DNA from: an uncultured cyanobacterium
Lineage (GTDB): Bacteria; Cyanobacteriota; Cyanobacteriia; Cyanobacteriales; CAWUOF01
DNA length: 64,000 nt
Direction: 5' to 3'
NCBI GenBank assembly: GCA_963744145.1
Contig: CAVUSO010000001.1
Location: forward strand, 6,080,001-6,144,000
Part shown: positions 17,969 to 28,654 of the stretch, in pieces
Numbering within the stretch: position 1 is the stretch's first letter
Layout: each line of letters begins with the position of its first letter
Position numbers and translations under genes: made by a program
The notes under the pieces: generated by a model
What the model was told of the DNA's origin: nothing
The model's database searches: none
Seen by the model: only the letters and a program-made list of their open reading frames with translations

Positions 17969-19387
17969 GGTTCTACCGAACTATCTATGTAAAACTAACT
18001 AGCAAAATGCCAAGTTAAAATACTTCTGAGCTGAAAATTATCAAAATTCCTAAAGCCATAGCCACGCCTTTTAATCAATTTTAACTTATTATTAATTCCT
18101 TCGACTACTCCTTGAGTAGTTCGGTGATCGAAATAGGCAATAATTTCTCCAATCCATCGGATAATTGTCCCACAACTATGAGGGAAATAATCTTGAGCTT
18201 CTTTTAACCAATCAGCGAAATTAAATATTCCTTCTACCCAATCTTTACTGGACTCATAAATATTTCTAAATTTTTCTTTGAGCTCATGCATTTTTCCTAA
18301 TTTTGGAGCAACTTTTTTAACTAATTTAAGTCGTTGAGATTCATCATCATTTAAATCTTTCTCATTTTTAAGTAAGACATATTTACTCTTAGTTAATCCG
18401 CCTAATATTTGCTCTTTTTTTTGGTTATTTTTCAATGGCTCTGCGGTTCTTTTCGTTTTCCTTCTTTCTTGATCTAGTTCATCCTGTACTTGCTTCATTA
18501 CATGAAATCTATCGGCGATTACTTCTGCTTGAGGTATCAATTTTTCGGCGATATTTTTATACATTTGCCAGAGGTCAATACTTACTTCTTGGATTTGCCC
18601 CAAAACCTCTTCTCCCCAAGCTTCTAGGTATTTTTCTATCTCGGCTTTTTTGCGTTTTTCGATAATTCCTAATACAATTCCTTGGTCAATATCTATTAAC
18701 ACTACATAATAATTTTTTGCCCTTTTACTACGGCAATTTCATCGATTCCTAACCGCTGTAAATTTTCGGGCTTTTTTTTCATTAATTCTGCGCCTAATTC
18801 TTTTAACATTGTCTCTACTTCTTGCTCGCTAAATCCGTACCGTATCGCCACGTTTTTTATGTCACTTGACAAAACTTCCTTAATAATTTTATTTCTTAAT
18901 CTTTCAGTATAATTTCTTTTCTTCTTCACTAAATTTAACTCTTCACTAAATTTGTGGCCACATTGGTCACATCTCATTTGACGACGATTGACTTTTAAAT
19001 ATATTTGTTGTTCACCAAAAGCCAAATCTCTTACTACATACCAATGATTTTGATGTAATTTATCTGTGAGGCTTTCACAACAAGGACATTTAACTTTTAA
19101 TTCTCGTTTTTCTAGTCGTAAAAATATCCCGATCCCTTCTTGAAATTGATAATCTACTACTTTAAATTCTTGACTATTCAGCAATGAAGTCATTAGATGA
19201 AGTTGAGAAGAAGATGCCATAGCTGTCAATTTTTACTTAGATGTACTTAATTATTCTAATCCAATTTAAACATAAAAATCGCCCAAAGTCAATCACGTCA
19301 GTAATTTTTCAGATATAAATTAATTATTTAATTGGGAGTTTTACGAGCTAATAACTAATATTTTTACATAGATAGTTCGGTAGAACC
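17969..19387 (-). mobile_element. Complete ISL3-family insertion sequence (1419 bp)
   Basis: Perfect 26-bp IRs GGTTCTACCGAACTATCTATGTAAAA; 8-bp target duplication TTAAAATC (17961-17968 / 19388-19395). Confidence 0.96.
17995..19229 (-). pseudogene. ISL3 transposase split by a 1-nt frameshift in an A6 tract (~18713-18718)
   Basis: CPCC..CDQC zinc finger, GIDE, SIDLW, ADRFHV, EGINNKLKLIKRRGYGFRNF; one extra A restores GQKNYYVVLID. Confidence 0.9.
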
Positions 19388-19660
19388 TTAAAATCTCCGC
19401 TCCTCTTCAACCATTTCATGGATTGAAGTTTGATCCAAGGCAATTTCTTGTTGTAATTGTAGCATTCTCGCGATCGCTGCTTGAATTGATTTTTTAGTAG
19501 TAAGTTTTCCCCAAGAATTATACTTATGTGTAGTTTCCTCCGATGATAACGACTGGACAACTACCACCACCTCAACAGAAGTATCTTTAAAATCAGTGGG
19601 CATCTGGATTTGCAAGATCCCATCTGTCCCAATATGCGATCGCAGCTTGATTGTTTCCAT
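19388..19660 (-). CDS. Putative VapB-type antitoxin
   Basis: METIKLRSHIGTDGILQIQMP..VEVVVVV; GGAG RBS; originally coupled to the PIN stump. Confidence 0.7.
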   Translation of the reverse strand: METIKLRSHIGTDGILQIQMPTDFKDTSVEVVVVVQSLSSEETTHKYNSWGKLTTKKSIQAAIARMLQLQQEIALDQTSIHEMVEEERRF

Positions 19661-19814
19661 ATCAGACTCCACCAACTATCATCTTAATAATTGTCAATTG
19701 ATGTTCCAGCTTTGAATGACCAAAAACCTATTAAACATGATCAATCTGATTAATCTCAAATTGCTATACTTAAATCAAGCATCTAGTCATTCCTGTTATG
19801 GATAGCTAAGAATT

Positions 19815-20591
19815 ATGGTCCAAAGTCTTGATCCTACCCTATTACCCCCTCCTTTTCCCGATCATACCCAACTCCCTGAATCCGACGGCACCTTCGTGAA
19901 AAACTTTCAAGAACATCCCCAATGTATCTTGCTGACCGACTCCTTGGAAACTACCCTACAAACTCTCCATCCAGATGGTCAATATGCGATCGGACAAGAT
20001 AGTGGGATATACTGGCGGGAAACTGAGCCTCCGGAACGGGGAGCGGAAGCACCGGATTGGTTCTATGTTCCTAACGTTCCACCCCTATTAGACGGTCAAG
20101 TTCGTCGTTCCTATGTGATCTGGCGCGAATATAGTGTGCCCTTAATTGCGATCGAATTAGCCAGTGGAAATGGTGCCGAAGAACGAGACTATACTCCCCT
20201 ATCTCGTTCATCAGAAAGGAGCAATCAAAAACCTGGGAAGTTTTGGGTATATGAGCAGATTATTCGGATTCCTTACTATGCCATATATATCATCAAAACT
20301 AGGGAATTGGAAGTTTATAACTGGGTAAATACTCGTTATCACCGTTTGCAACCGAATCAGCGCGGACATTATCCGATCGACCGGATGGGAGTAGAATTAG
20401 GAGTGTGGGAAGGTAGCTATCAAAATCAGACTAATCATTGGTTACGTTGGTGGGATAGTCAAGGTAATTTGTTGCTCACTGGTAGTGAACAAGCTAAACT
20501 TGAACGTCAACGGGCTGATCGCGAACAGCAACAGAAAGAACGATTGGCTGCTTATTTGCGATCGCAAGGAATCGATCCTGATCTGATTTGA
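19815..20591 (+). CDS. Uma2 family endonuclease with C-terminal coiled coil
   Basis: LPESDG..APDWFYVP..PGKFWVYEQ..WLRWWD. Confidence 0.92.
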   Translation: MVQSLDPTLLPPPFPDHTQLPESDGTFVKNFQEHPQCILLTDSLETTLQTLHPDGQYAIGQDSGIYWRETEPPERGAEAPDWFYVPNVPPLLDGQVRRSYVIWREYSVPLIAIELASGNGAEERDYTPLSRSSERSNQKPGKFWVYEQIIRIPYYAIYIIKTRELEVYNWVNTRYHRLQPNQRGHYPIDRMGVELGVWEGSYQNQTNHWLRWWDSQGNLLLTGSEQAKLERQRADREQQQKERLAAYLRSQGIDPDLI

Positions 20592-20640
20592 GCGTTGATG
20601 GACAGACCACCCCCATATTCTCACTTGCTTGAATAAGACC

Positions 20641-21774
20641 ATGAACCAAAATTACAATTTAGAAGCAGAAACCTTTTTTCGTCAAGGGATAGAAAATTTC
20701 GACTCCAGAAACTATGAAATTGCGATCGCCCATTTAGATCGGGCGATCGCGATTAACCCTCACCACAGTGAAGCTTGGAGTTGTCGGGGTTTAGCTTTAG
20801 CACACTTAAATTGTGATCAAGAATCAGTTGCTAGTTTTGATCGAGCAGTCCAACTTAACCCCCGTGCTACTCATGCTTGGTTTAACCGGGGAATTGTCTT
20901 GGATCGGATGGGACGTTATGAAGATGCGATCGCTAGTTTTGAACAGATCATTACTTGGCAACCATATAATTACGAAGCTTTAGCTAGTAAAGGTAATTCC
21001 TTAATCAATTTAGGACGTAATAAAGAAGCGATCATCTGCTATGACCGCGCTTTAGAATTTAATCCTAACTATTATAAAGCTTTAAGTAATCGCGGTAATG
21101 CGCTAGTTAACTTAGGTCGATATAAAGCAGCCATATCTAGTTATGAGAAAGCCCTAAAAATTAATCCCGATGATCCAGAAGTATGGTATAATCGGGGCTG
21201 TATTTTTATGACTACAGAAGAAATTAATAGCGCAATTTATAGCTATAATAAATGTTTAGAACTTAACCCTAATCATGTCAGTTCTTTAATCAATAAAGGG
21301 AATTTACTCTCGGAAATTGGACAACAAAAAGAATCTCTGCTCTGCTACGATAAAGCCGTAGAAATTAACCCAAAAGCAACTCATGCTTGGAATAATCGGG
21401 GATTAGTGCTACGGAGACTCGGACGACCAAAAGAAGCGATCGCTTCATACGATCAAGCAGTAACAGTAGATCCCACTAATTATGAAGCATGGGACAATCG
21501 TGGTTATTGTCTGATCAAAATGCGTAAATATCGGGAAGCATTAGCCAGTATAGACCGTTCCCTTGAAGTTAACCCAAATCATGCCAATGCAATTTATAAT
21601 AAAGGTTACTGCTATGCTATGCAAGGTAAAGTTACTTTAGCCGTAGATTGTCTTGCCCAAGCAATTAAAATGAACTCTGCTAAATACCTACCCTTAGCAA
21701 AAACCGACCCCGATTTAGACTCACTTCGCAAAAATAAGCGATTTCAAGCTTTGCTGAATGGTGCAAATATATAA
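20641..21774 (+). CDS. TPR-repeat protein
   Basis: About ten 34-aa AWxNRG repeats; C-terminal YNxxxCYA..DPDLDSLR. Confidence 0.93.
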   Translation: MNQNYNLEAETFFRQGIENFDSRNYEIAIAHLDRAIAINPHHSEAWSCRGLALAHLNCDQESVASFDRAVQLNPRATHAWFNRGIVLDRMGRYEDAIASFEQIITWQPYNYEALASKGNSLINLGRNKEAIICYDRALEFNPNYYKALSNRGNALVNLGRYKAAISSYEKALKINPDDPEVWYNRGCIFMTTEEINSAIYSYNKCLELNPNHVSSLINKGNLLSEIGQQKESLLCYDKAVEINPKATHAWNNRGLVLRRLGRPKEAIASYDQAVTVDPTNYEAWDNRGYCLIKMRKYREALASIDRSLEVNPNHANAIYNKGYCYAMQGKVTLAVDCLAQAIKMNSAKYLPLAKTDPDLDSLRKNKRFQALLNGANI

Positions 21775-21810
21775 CGCAATTATTTTACACATTCTCACCA
21801 CTTTTTGATG

Positions 21811-22260
21811 CTAATCTGATTGACTTTTAGCGGCTTGAGCATTTAGTCTTTGGTTTAACTCCCTAGTCCGTCGGGAAAGGAGACGAATAATATTCACCGC
21901 AATTCCAGGAGTTTCATCGATCGCATCATAGAGTTGCTGTTGTGTGAGCATTAAACATTCACAGTTTTCCAAAGTAGTCACAGTAGCTGAACGGGGTTCA
22001 GCATCAAACAAAGACATTTCTCCAAAACAAGCACCCTGATCTAATTGAGCTAGCTCCCGCTCCGCAATGTGAACTTTAACCCTACCAGAAACAACGATAT
22101 AAAGCGATCGTCCTTCCTGTCCTTCAGTAAAAATTGGGTGGTTAGTGGGAAAAGACAGCTCATCCATCACCGAAGCAAGACGAACTAGGAAGTCATCCCG
22201 TAATTCTTTAAAAATCGGGACTCCTCGGACAAACAATAGGCGTTCAACGCTAGTTAGCAT
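21811..22260 (-). CDS. Cyclic nucleotide-binding domain protein
   Basis: FGEMSLFDAEPRSATV. Confidence 0.92.
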   Translation of the reverse strand: MLTSVERLLFVRGVPIFKELRDDFLVRLASVMDELSFPTNHPIFTEGQEGRSLYIVVSGRVKVHIAERELAQLDQGACFGEMSLFDAEPRSATVTTLENCECLMLTQQQLYDAIDETPGIAVNIIRLLSRRTRELNQRLNAQAAKSQSD

Positions 22261-22271
22261 AATAAATAAAG

Positions 22272-25200
22272 TTAAGTAGTCTCAAATCCAGCTAGTCCAG
22301 GAAAATCTAGAGGAGGATTTCCGGATCGGGGTGGTTGATTAGTCCGTTTTGGCGAATCTGAACTTAATTCTGCCACTAACTGTTGAACTTGAGCCGTCAC
22401 TAAGCGATCTGGATCTTTTTTCAACAGTGGTAAAAGTTTCATGAGCGCTCGGGGTGAGACCACCTTCAGATAAGCTAATACAGCTTCCCGCACAAAACCA
22501 CAGGGATGACGTAAACAAGCCAGGATTTGGTCTGCGGTCAATCCCCAACGAGCCAAACGTGCGATATGAAAACAACAAGCTAAGGGCCAATCCGAGAGAA
22601 AATGGCGTAAATCTAACAAATGACGAATCCGATCTAGGGGATTCATGGGTCGATATACCATCAGCTCTCCCAGACTTTGGATTTTTTCTTGGTAAGACAA
22701 TAATTCCCGCTCTCGACTTTGATCCATCCGATCTAAAATCCTGAGTAAAGCTCTTTTACTGGGAATATCCACAACATTATCCAAAATTTCTAACCCTCGG
22801 GCCATATTGCTTTGAGAATCTGACTGTAAATTGAAAGCAGCTGCTTGGACACTATTGAGAGGATACAGAAACTTCATCAATAGAAATAATCTATCAATCC
22901 CATCTGATTCTAGATCCCGTAGCGATCGCCTAAACAATTCAGCTTCTCGCCCTTCGATCACATCTATATTTAGATCTACTAACGCCGCATAAATTTGCCC
23001 CATAAACATCAATTCTTGGTCAATTAACGTTTCCACCCCACTGCGTCCAAACCGATCTAGCACACCTTCAATTCCTACTTCTCCCGGCATTTTCACTAAG
23101 ATCCGCAGAATATTACGCCTGGTCGTTCCCCAAGAGGTAATTAAATGGGATGCCAAAACCGCGATCGCTTCCGGTGTGCCAATTTGACCAATTGCCATCC
23201 AAGCATACATTCTGACAAAATCTGGTTTCTGAATATCTTCTGCCAAATCAACTAGGAGGGGAATTGCATCATTTTGGAGACGCACTAAAGCTTGCATAGC
23301 CGCTTCCCGGGTTGGTTTATAATAAAGTCCTCGCAACAGAGCCGAGTAATATTCGTCTAAATGAGCCGAAGCAATCACATCCAATAGAGCAGAGCGCACT
23401 CGTAACGAATCATCCTGCAATAGAGTCGGGATATGAATCCGCAATGCTTGCAAATAATCAGCATCCCCCATTGCTCTTGTACCCATGACTCGTTCCTGTT
23501 CGCGAGCAGAAGTTAACATCCTGCGGAGAGCATTAGTTGCTTCAGCTTTTTGGTCTCGATTACCAACCCGCATAATCAGAGAAGCTGCGGTCCCACGAAC
23601 AATCGGATCTACTTCTGGCTGTAGATAAGGACGCAATTGGTAAATATCCGGCTTTTCCTCCGTCAACCAGATATAACGTAGAGCTAAAGCTAATACCTCC
23701 GGAGAAACTGGTTGATCGATCAAGGCTCGAACTTCATTTAAATAAGCATCATTGCGATCATTTAACATGGTTTCGAGACTTTGACGCTGCAAAGCTGGTG
23801 GTAAATTAACCAGCAAAGGTGCCAGAACTTCGCTGACATGATGAGGATCGATTTGGGTGAGGAGTTCAATACAGGAGCGTTTATCATCTTCGCTACCTGG
23901 TTGTTCTAATTTCTCTAGCACAGTACGTTTCAGTACCCGCATATCAACATCAGAAACTCCTAATCTTCCCCGTTCGGCACTAGAAACTAATAAACCGACA
24001 TATCTAGAACGTAGCAACCAGATTATTAACAGCCAACCTAAAGCGAGGAGGACGATTATGCCAACAAATATTAACTCCTGAAATTTATCTAAATAGTCTT
24101 TCTTTAAATGAGTAAATCGGGATAGCCAAATAATTGCTAAAATGCCAAAGCCAGTTAAACCAGTCGCTAAAGGTTCAGCTACACCATTTACCAAAGCTTG
24201 AACTCCTGAGCGAATTCGGTCAGGAATGGGTTGGAATAAAATCGATCCGGTCGATTCATTCAGAGTGTGGTGTAATAATTCATCTATAAATCTGAGAATG
24301 ACAAAACCAGCAAAAAACTTAAAGTCTGGTACTAAAGAACTAATAAAAGACATGATTCCCAACAGAGCAATCCCTGCGGGGAGGACCATTGCGGTAACAA
24401 ATACACCGATCCTTTCTACTAATCGACTGGAAGCAAACCATTGAGTAGCCACTTCAAACAGACCTAGTGTGCCATTGAAGAAGCCTAAAAATGTAGCTAT
24501 GCCACCAGCACCAGGTGAGTTTTCTTTTACCTGGGCCAGGAATTGGAAATCGATTAATGTATACAATACTTCAGCAATTACAAAAAATGTCACCAAGGGG
24601 ATGATGTAACGCTGAAATGGTCCTTTGAGCCGCCTGGTGGCAAAATCCGGTTGCTCATCTTCAGCTACCCAACGGGAAGAGTCTGGAAATGCTTGCTTAT
24701 ATTTCCGGCTCAAATAAAGTAGCCCTCCGGCTCCGAGCAGGATCATCAAACCAGATAGCACCGTGACGTTATTCAGACCCACTGATTTTAACAATAGGGG
24801 TAGGGAAAAACCGCTGAGTACATCCGCCACTAGCAAACCGCTACTGACTAGAGGATAAGTCCGCTTAATTTCCCGAATGTTAAATAGTTGATTGGCTGTA
24901 ATTGACGTATTTAGATCATTAAGAACATAACAAGCCAACATCCACAGCCACATCATAAAAACTGTAATTCCAGCTAATGTAATGCCCGCAATCTTGACAT
25001 ATCCAAACCAAAGACCAACTCGAAATAAAAGCAAAGGTGTCGCCATTAATATGGCTACGCCCACAATGACGCGACGCAGAGGGAGGATTTTTTGGAGCCA
25101 AGAATAAATAAATCCTAAGCTCGAACCAATTCCAGCACTAGCAATATAAATTAAAGGTAGTTTATCTGGTCCGTACTCATCTAAAAACAGCCCAGCAGTA

Positions 25201-25352
25201 CTCATCTCCAGCCAGAGCAATCCGACTGAGGTGATGGTGTAGATTACGAACATTAGCAATGTCCGCTCACCTTCCTCAGGGCGGAGATTGATCCACCGCA
25301 GCAATTCCCGACCTAAAGCTATTTTCGTAAACCACTGATTTTTCAGTTCCAT
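22272..25352 (-). CDS. NTT/TLC (ATP:ADP antiporter-like MFS) domain + HEAT-repeat protein
   Basis: Multi-TM N-terminus with NQLFNIREIKRTYP; HEAT-like C-terminus; co-oriented cNMP gene. Confidence 0.85.
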   Translation of the reverse strand: MELKNQWFTKIALGRELLRWINLRPEEGERTLLMFVIYTITSVGLLWLEMSTAGLFLDEYGPDKLPLIYIASAGIGSSLGFIYSWLQKILPLRRVIVGVAILMATPLLLFRVGLWFGYVKIAGITLAGITVFMMWLWMLACYVLNDLNTSITANQLFNIREIKRTYPLVSSGLLVADVLSGFSLPLLLKSVGLNNVTVLSGLMILLGAGGLLYLSRKYKQAFPDSSRWVAEDEQPDFATRRLKGPFQRYIIPLVTFFVIAEVLYTLIDFQFLAQVKENSPGAGGIATFLGFFNGTLGLFEVATQWFASSRLVERIGVFVTAMVLPAGIALLGIMSFISSLVPDFKFFAGFVILRFIDELLHHTLNESTGSILFQPIPDRIRSGVQALVNGVAEPLATGLTGFGILAIIWLSRFTHLKKDYLDKFQELIFVGIIVLLALGWLLIIWLLRSRYVGLLVSSAERGRLGVSDVDMRVLKRTVLEKLEQPGSEDDKRSCIELLTQIDPHHVSEVLAPLLVNLPPALQRQSLETMLNDRNDAYLNEVRALIDQPVSPEVLALALRYIWLTEEKPDIYQLRPYLQPEVDPIVRGTAASLIMRVGNRDQKAEATNALRRMLTSAREQERVMGTRAMGDADYLQALRIHIPTLLQDDSLRVRSALLDVIASAHLDEYYSALLRGLYYKPTREAAMQALVRLQNDAIPLLVDLAEDIQKPDFVRMYAWMAIGQIGTPEAIAVLASHLITSWGTTRRNILRILVKMPGEVGIEGVLDRFGRSGVETLIDQELMFMGQIYAALVDLNIDVIEGREAELFRRSLRDLESDGIDRLFLLMKFLYPLNSVQAAAFNLQSDSQSNMARGLEILDNVVDIPSKRALLRILDRMDQSRERELLSYQEKIQSLGELMVYRPMNPLDRIRHLLDLRHFLSDWPLACCFHIARLARWGLTADQILACLRHPCGFVREAVLAYLKVVSPRALMKLLPLLKKDPDRLVTAQVQQLVAELSSDSPKRTNQPPRSGNPPLDFPGLAGFETT

Positions 25353-25744
25353 GCAGTGTAGATTTCCCCTGTCATAGCTGTCCGATGATTCTGTTTAATA
25401 AACAGGATTGGCTGGCAATCTCAGGCTAAAAACTACGGTGTAGAAACCGGGCGCACCCATAAATGTCCTGACTATTTGCTCTATTGAGTCTCCAAGATAG
25501 TAATCTTGTCCCTTTTTGACCAGCGAGCTTTTCTGCCATTATCCTACCCTTTCTCCCAAATATTTTCCTTTTCTTTGCTAAACTTTAGCCAAAAAGAAAA
25601 GAGGAAGGCAGATTTTGGTTCAGCCGGGGCGGGACTAAATCAATTTTTTCCGTTTTCTACCTTCCCCCTGCTCAAACTGCCGAATCCAGATCAGCGTTTA
25701 ATATGTTGTGAGCTTGAACTCCTCAAGAAATGCTGACTACATCG

Positions 25745-26278
25745 CTATTTTTTCGGAGAAAGCAACATCATCATACTACGACCCTCTTTTTTCGGAGCTT
25801 GCTGGACTTCAGCCATTTCCTGCAAGTCATTGGCCATACGCTTGAGCAATTCTTCGGCTAAATCACTATGTTGAATTTCCCGTCCGCGGAACATAATGGT
25901 TGCTTTCACCTTATCTCCCGCTTTGAGAAAGCGTTCCGCTTGATTAATCCGCACTTGATAGTCGTGCTCTTCAATCTTGTAGCGCATTTTCACTTCCTTG
26001 ACGTCAGCGGTATGCTGCTTTTTCTTAGCTTCCCGTGCTTTTTTCTCTTGTTCAAATTTAAATTTGCCGTAGTCCATAATCCGACAAACGGGTGGATCTG
26101 CCTTGTCACTCACCAAGACTAAATCCAATTCTTTTTCCACAGCAATCCGCTGGGCTTCCTGAGGAGTCAGAATTCCCAATTGTGCGCCATCGGTATCAAT
26201 CACCCGAATTTTCGGAAAGCGAATCAGTTCGTTAATTTGGGGTAAATTTCGATTTTGTCTTTTGTCAATCACAGGCAT
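25745..26278 (-). CDS. infC: Translation initiation factor IF-3
   Basis: [33 protein letters not shown]. Confidence 0.98.
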   Translation of the reverse strand: MPVIDKRQNRNLPQINELIRFPKIRVIDTDGAQLGILTPQEAQRIAVEKELDLVLVSDKADPPVCRIMDYGKFKFEQEKKAREAKKKQHTADVKEVKMRYKIEEHDYQVRINQAERFLKAGDKVKATIMFRGREIQHSDLAEELLKRMANDLQEMAEVQQAPKKEGRSMMMLLSPKK

Positions 26279-26787
26279 TAATGTTTAGGGAGGAATTTGG
26301 TGAACAACTTGGTCTTATGCTTGAGTTAGTTTGGGCGGCTACTATTGAGCGCCTTTCCTCAAGTCCTAAGCCCACTTAAACAATGGTTAAGTAATGGGCC
26401 TGCTCATCGACAGCGCTCAAGTCGTCAATCCATCAAAAAATAGCTAGTAAACTTGTACTTGCCATTCTACTCAGTTTGATTAGTTTTTTGTCTACTAATC
26501 AGCTAAAATCTTTACCTCATTGACTCAATTGTCGTCCATTGTCCCACATTCCCTCAGCGATCGGCTTTCCCTTTTTGGCAACTTTCTCCTCTATAGTTAA
26601 CGTCTGAGTGATTATTTTGACGATTTCGATCGCATCAGATCATTTCACCTCTAACCGAGATTATGCTGTTTTATCTATGTCCTCGGCTAATTATCAGGCC
26701 ATTTAATTGCGGGTTGGTTCCTAGAGATGTTAAGCTCACACCTCGAAATGATGTACTTTCTGCGCTAATGGTCTAATAATTACCAAA

Positions 26788-28632
26788 ATGTCCAATAGCA
26801 TCAGATTGGGAAAAAAGAAATGGGGTAAAACGATTGTGAGATGTTCCTGGTTACTATCAAGTTTTTTGAGTATGATGTTGCTTGGCTCGCCAGCCCAAGC
26901 AGCGAAACTATTATCTTGGCGTTTTGATGTCCAAAGTAGTCAATTATCTTTTACTACTGATAGTGGTGTTCAACCAAAAGCACAACTATTATTTAATCCC
27001 ACCCGGATCGTGATTGATTTGCCTGGTGTAACGATTGATAGTCCGATTGATGATCAGTCAATTGGTGGGGCAATTCGTGACATTCGCATTGGACAGTTTG
27101 AACCCCAAATAGCGCGTTTGGTAATTGAATATAATCCGGGATATGCGGTAGACCCTCAGCAAGTAAAATTCCAGGGAATTTCTACCAGGGAATGGCAAGT
27201 CCGATTACCAACTTTCTCAGGTAGTCCCAATCAGTCCAATCCTGTCACCCTCACCCCAACCCAAACGACCACCCCAGTCCCACCCAATCCTGACCTACCC
27301 CCGAGTCAAAGTCCATCCCTCCCACCAGACACACCCAATCAACTTCAAAATCTCCAAACTACGGAAGATGGTTTTTTTATCCGTACTCTTGGTCAGACAC
27401 CAGAAATCGTCTCTTTTCGGAGTCGCGATCGCCAATCAATTATTTTTGACATCCGTGGTACAGTTTTAGCTCCGACGATCCAATCCCAAGAGTTCTTCGT
27501 CAATCGTCATGGAGTCACGCGGATTGAGTTCAAACAAGTCCAAACTTCCTCTCCCGTAGCTAGGATAATTTTAGATGTTGCCCCCAATAGTCCCGATTGG
27601 CAAGCATCTTTTAGTAGTTTAGGCGGAATTGTCCTACTCCCTCAAACAGGTACAGGTAGTCTCAATCCCCAACCCAATCAAAATCCAATTTCCACTGGAC
27701 TAACTACCATCCAATCTGTTGATCTGATTGCTAATGGCACCCAACTTGTGATCCAGGGCAATCAACCCTTACTTTATACCAGTGGTTGGGAACCTGGTCA
27801 TGGAACTTATCGGATTGTGATTGCTCATGCTCAACTTGGAGAAGGCATCAGAAAACTGCAAACCAATGTGAGTGGCAATCTGTTATCATTACGTTTAGGG
27901 CAAGAAGACCCTCAGAACGTGGTCATTCTGATGCAGCCGGCGACCGGAGTCCAGATTAGACCCTTAGATCAACCCAATCATCAAAGTATATTTTTCCAAC
28001 TGCAACGCTTGAGCTTAGTCCCACCAGAGCTTAGTCCTGATCAAAATCGACCACCAGTTGAAAATAACCCCCTCAACCCTCCGATCAAACCTCACAATGG
28101 TAGGCTAGTTGTGATTATTGATCCTGGACATGGTGGTAACGATCCTGGAGCTGTTGGGATTGGAGGTTTGCGAGAAAAGGACATTGTCTTAGATATCGGA
28201 AAACAGGTAACTACCCTATTAGAACAACAGGGAGTACAAGCAATTTTAACCCGCCAAGATGACCAGGAAATTGACTTAGAACCAAGAGTCCAGCTCGCTG
28301 AACGAGTCAATGCCACTATATTTGTCAGTATTCACGCTAATGCCATCGATCTATCTCGCCCGGATATTAGCGGACTGGAGACGTATTATTACGCTAGTGG
28401 CGATCGCTTGGCGGCAACTGTCCACCGCAGCATTCTCCAGAGTATAGATATTCCTGACCGTCATATCAGACAAGCTAATTTCTATGTACTCCGCAGAACT
28501 TCTATGCCCGCAATTTTGGTAGAAGTTGGTTTTGTTACTGGTCGTGATGATGCGGAACACTTATCAAATCCAGCTTACCGGACTCGCATGGCAGAAGCGA
28601 TCGCCCGTGGAATTTTACAATATCTTCGATAA
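26788..28632 (+). CDS. amiC: N-acetylmuramoyl-L-alanine amidase with AMIN domains
   Basis: IDPGHGG, FVSIHANA, LVEVGF; signal peptide; amiC-murI synteny. Confidence 0.93.
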   Translation: MSNSIRLGKKKWGKTIVRCSWLLSSFLSMMLLGSPAQAAKLLSWRFDVQSSQLSFTTDSGVQPKAQLLFNPTRIVIDLPGVTIDSPIDDQSIGGAIRDIRIGQFEPQIARLVIEYNPGYAVDPQQVKFQGISTREWQVRLPTFSGSPNQSNPVTLTPTQTTTPVPPNPDLPPSQSPSLPPDTPNQLQNLQTTEDGFFIRTLGQTPEIVSFRSRDRQSIIFDIRGTVLAPTIQSQEFFVNRHGVTRIEFKQVQTSSPVARIILDVAPNSPDWQASFSSLGGIVLLPQTGTGSLNPQPNQNPISTGLTTIQSVDLIANGTQLVIQGNQPLLYTSGWEPGHGTYRIVIAHAQLGEGIRKLQTNVSGNLLSLRLGQEDPQNVVILMQPATGVQIRPLDQPNHQSIFFQLQRLSLVPPELSPDQNRPPVENNPLNPPIKPHNGRLVVIIDPGHGGNDPGAVGIGGLREKDIVLDIGKQVTTLLEQQGVQAILTRQDDQEIDLEPRVQLAERVNATIFVSIHANAIDLSRPDISGLETYYYASGDRLAATVHRSILQSIDIPDRHIRQANFYVLRRTSMPAILVEVGFVTGRDDAEHLSNPAYRTRMAEAIARGILQYLR

Positions 28633-28654
28633 ACGGTCTGAATCCAAATTAGCA

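Noticed and set aside
28526..28654. Extended murI N-terminus (likewise upstream extensions for queD 44741, uvrB 47364, rubredoxin 7752, kinase 4339)
   Set aside because: Overlaps neighbours or lacks family similarity; downstream ATGs fit better
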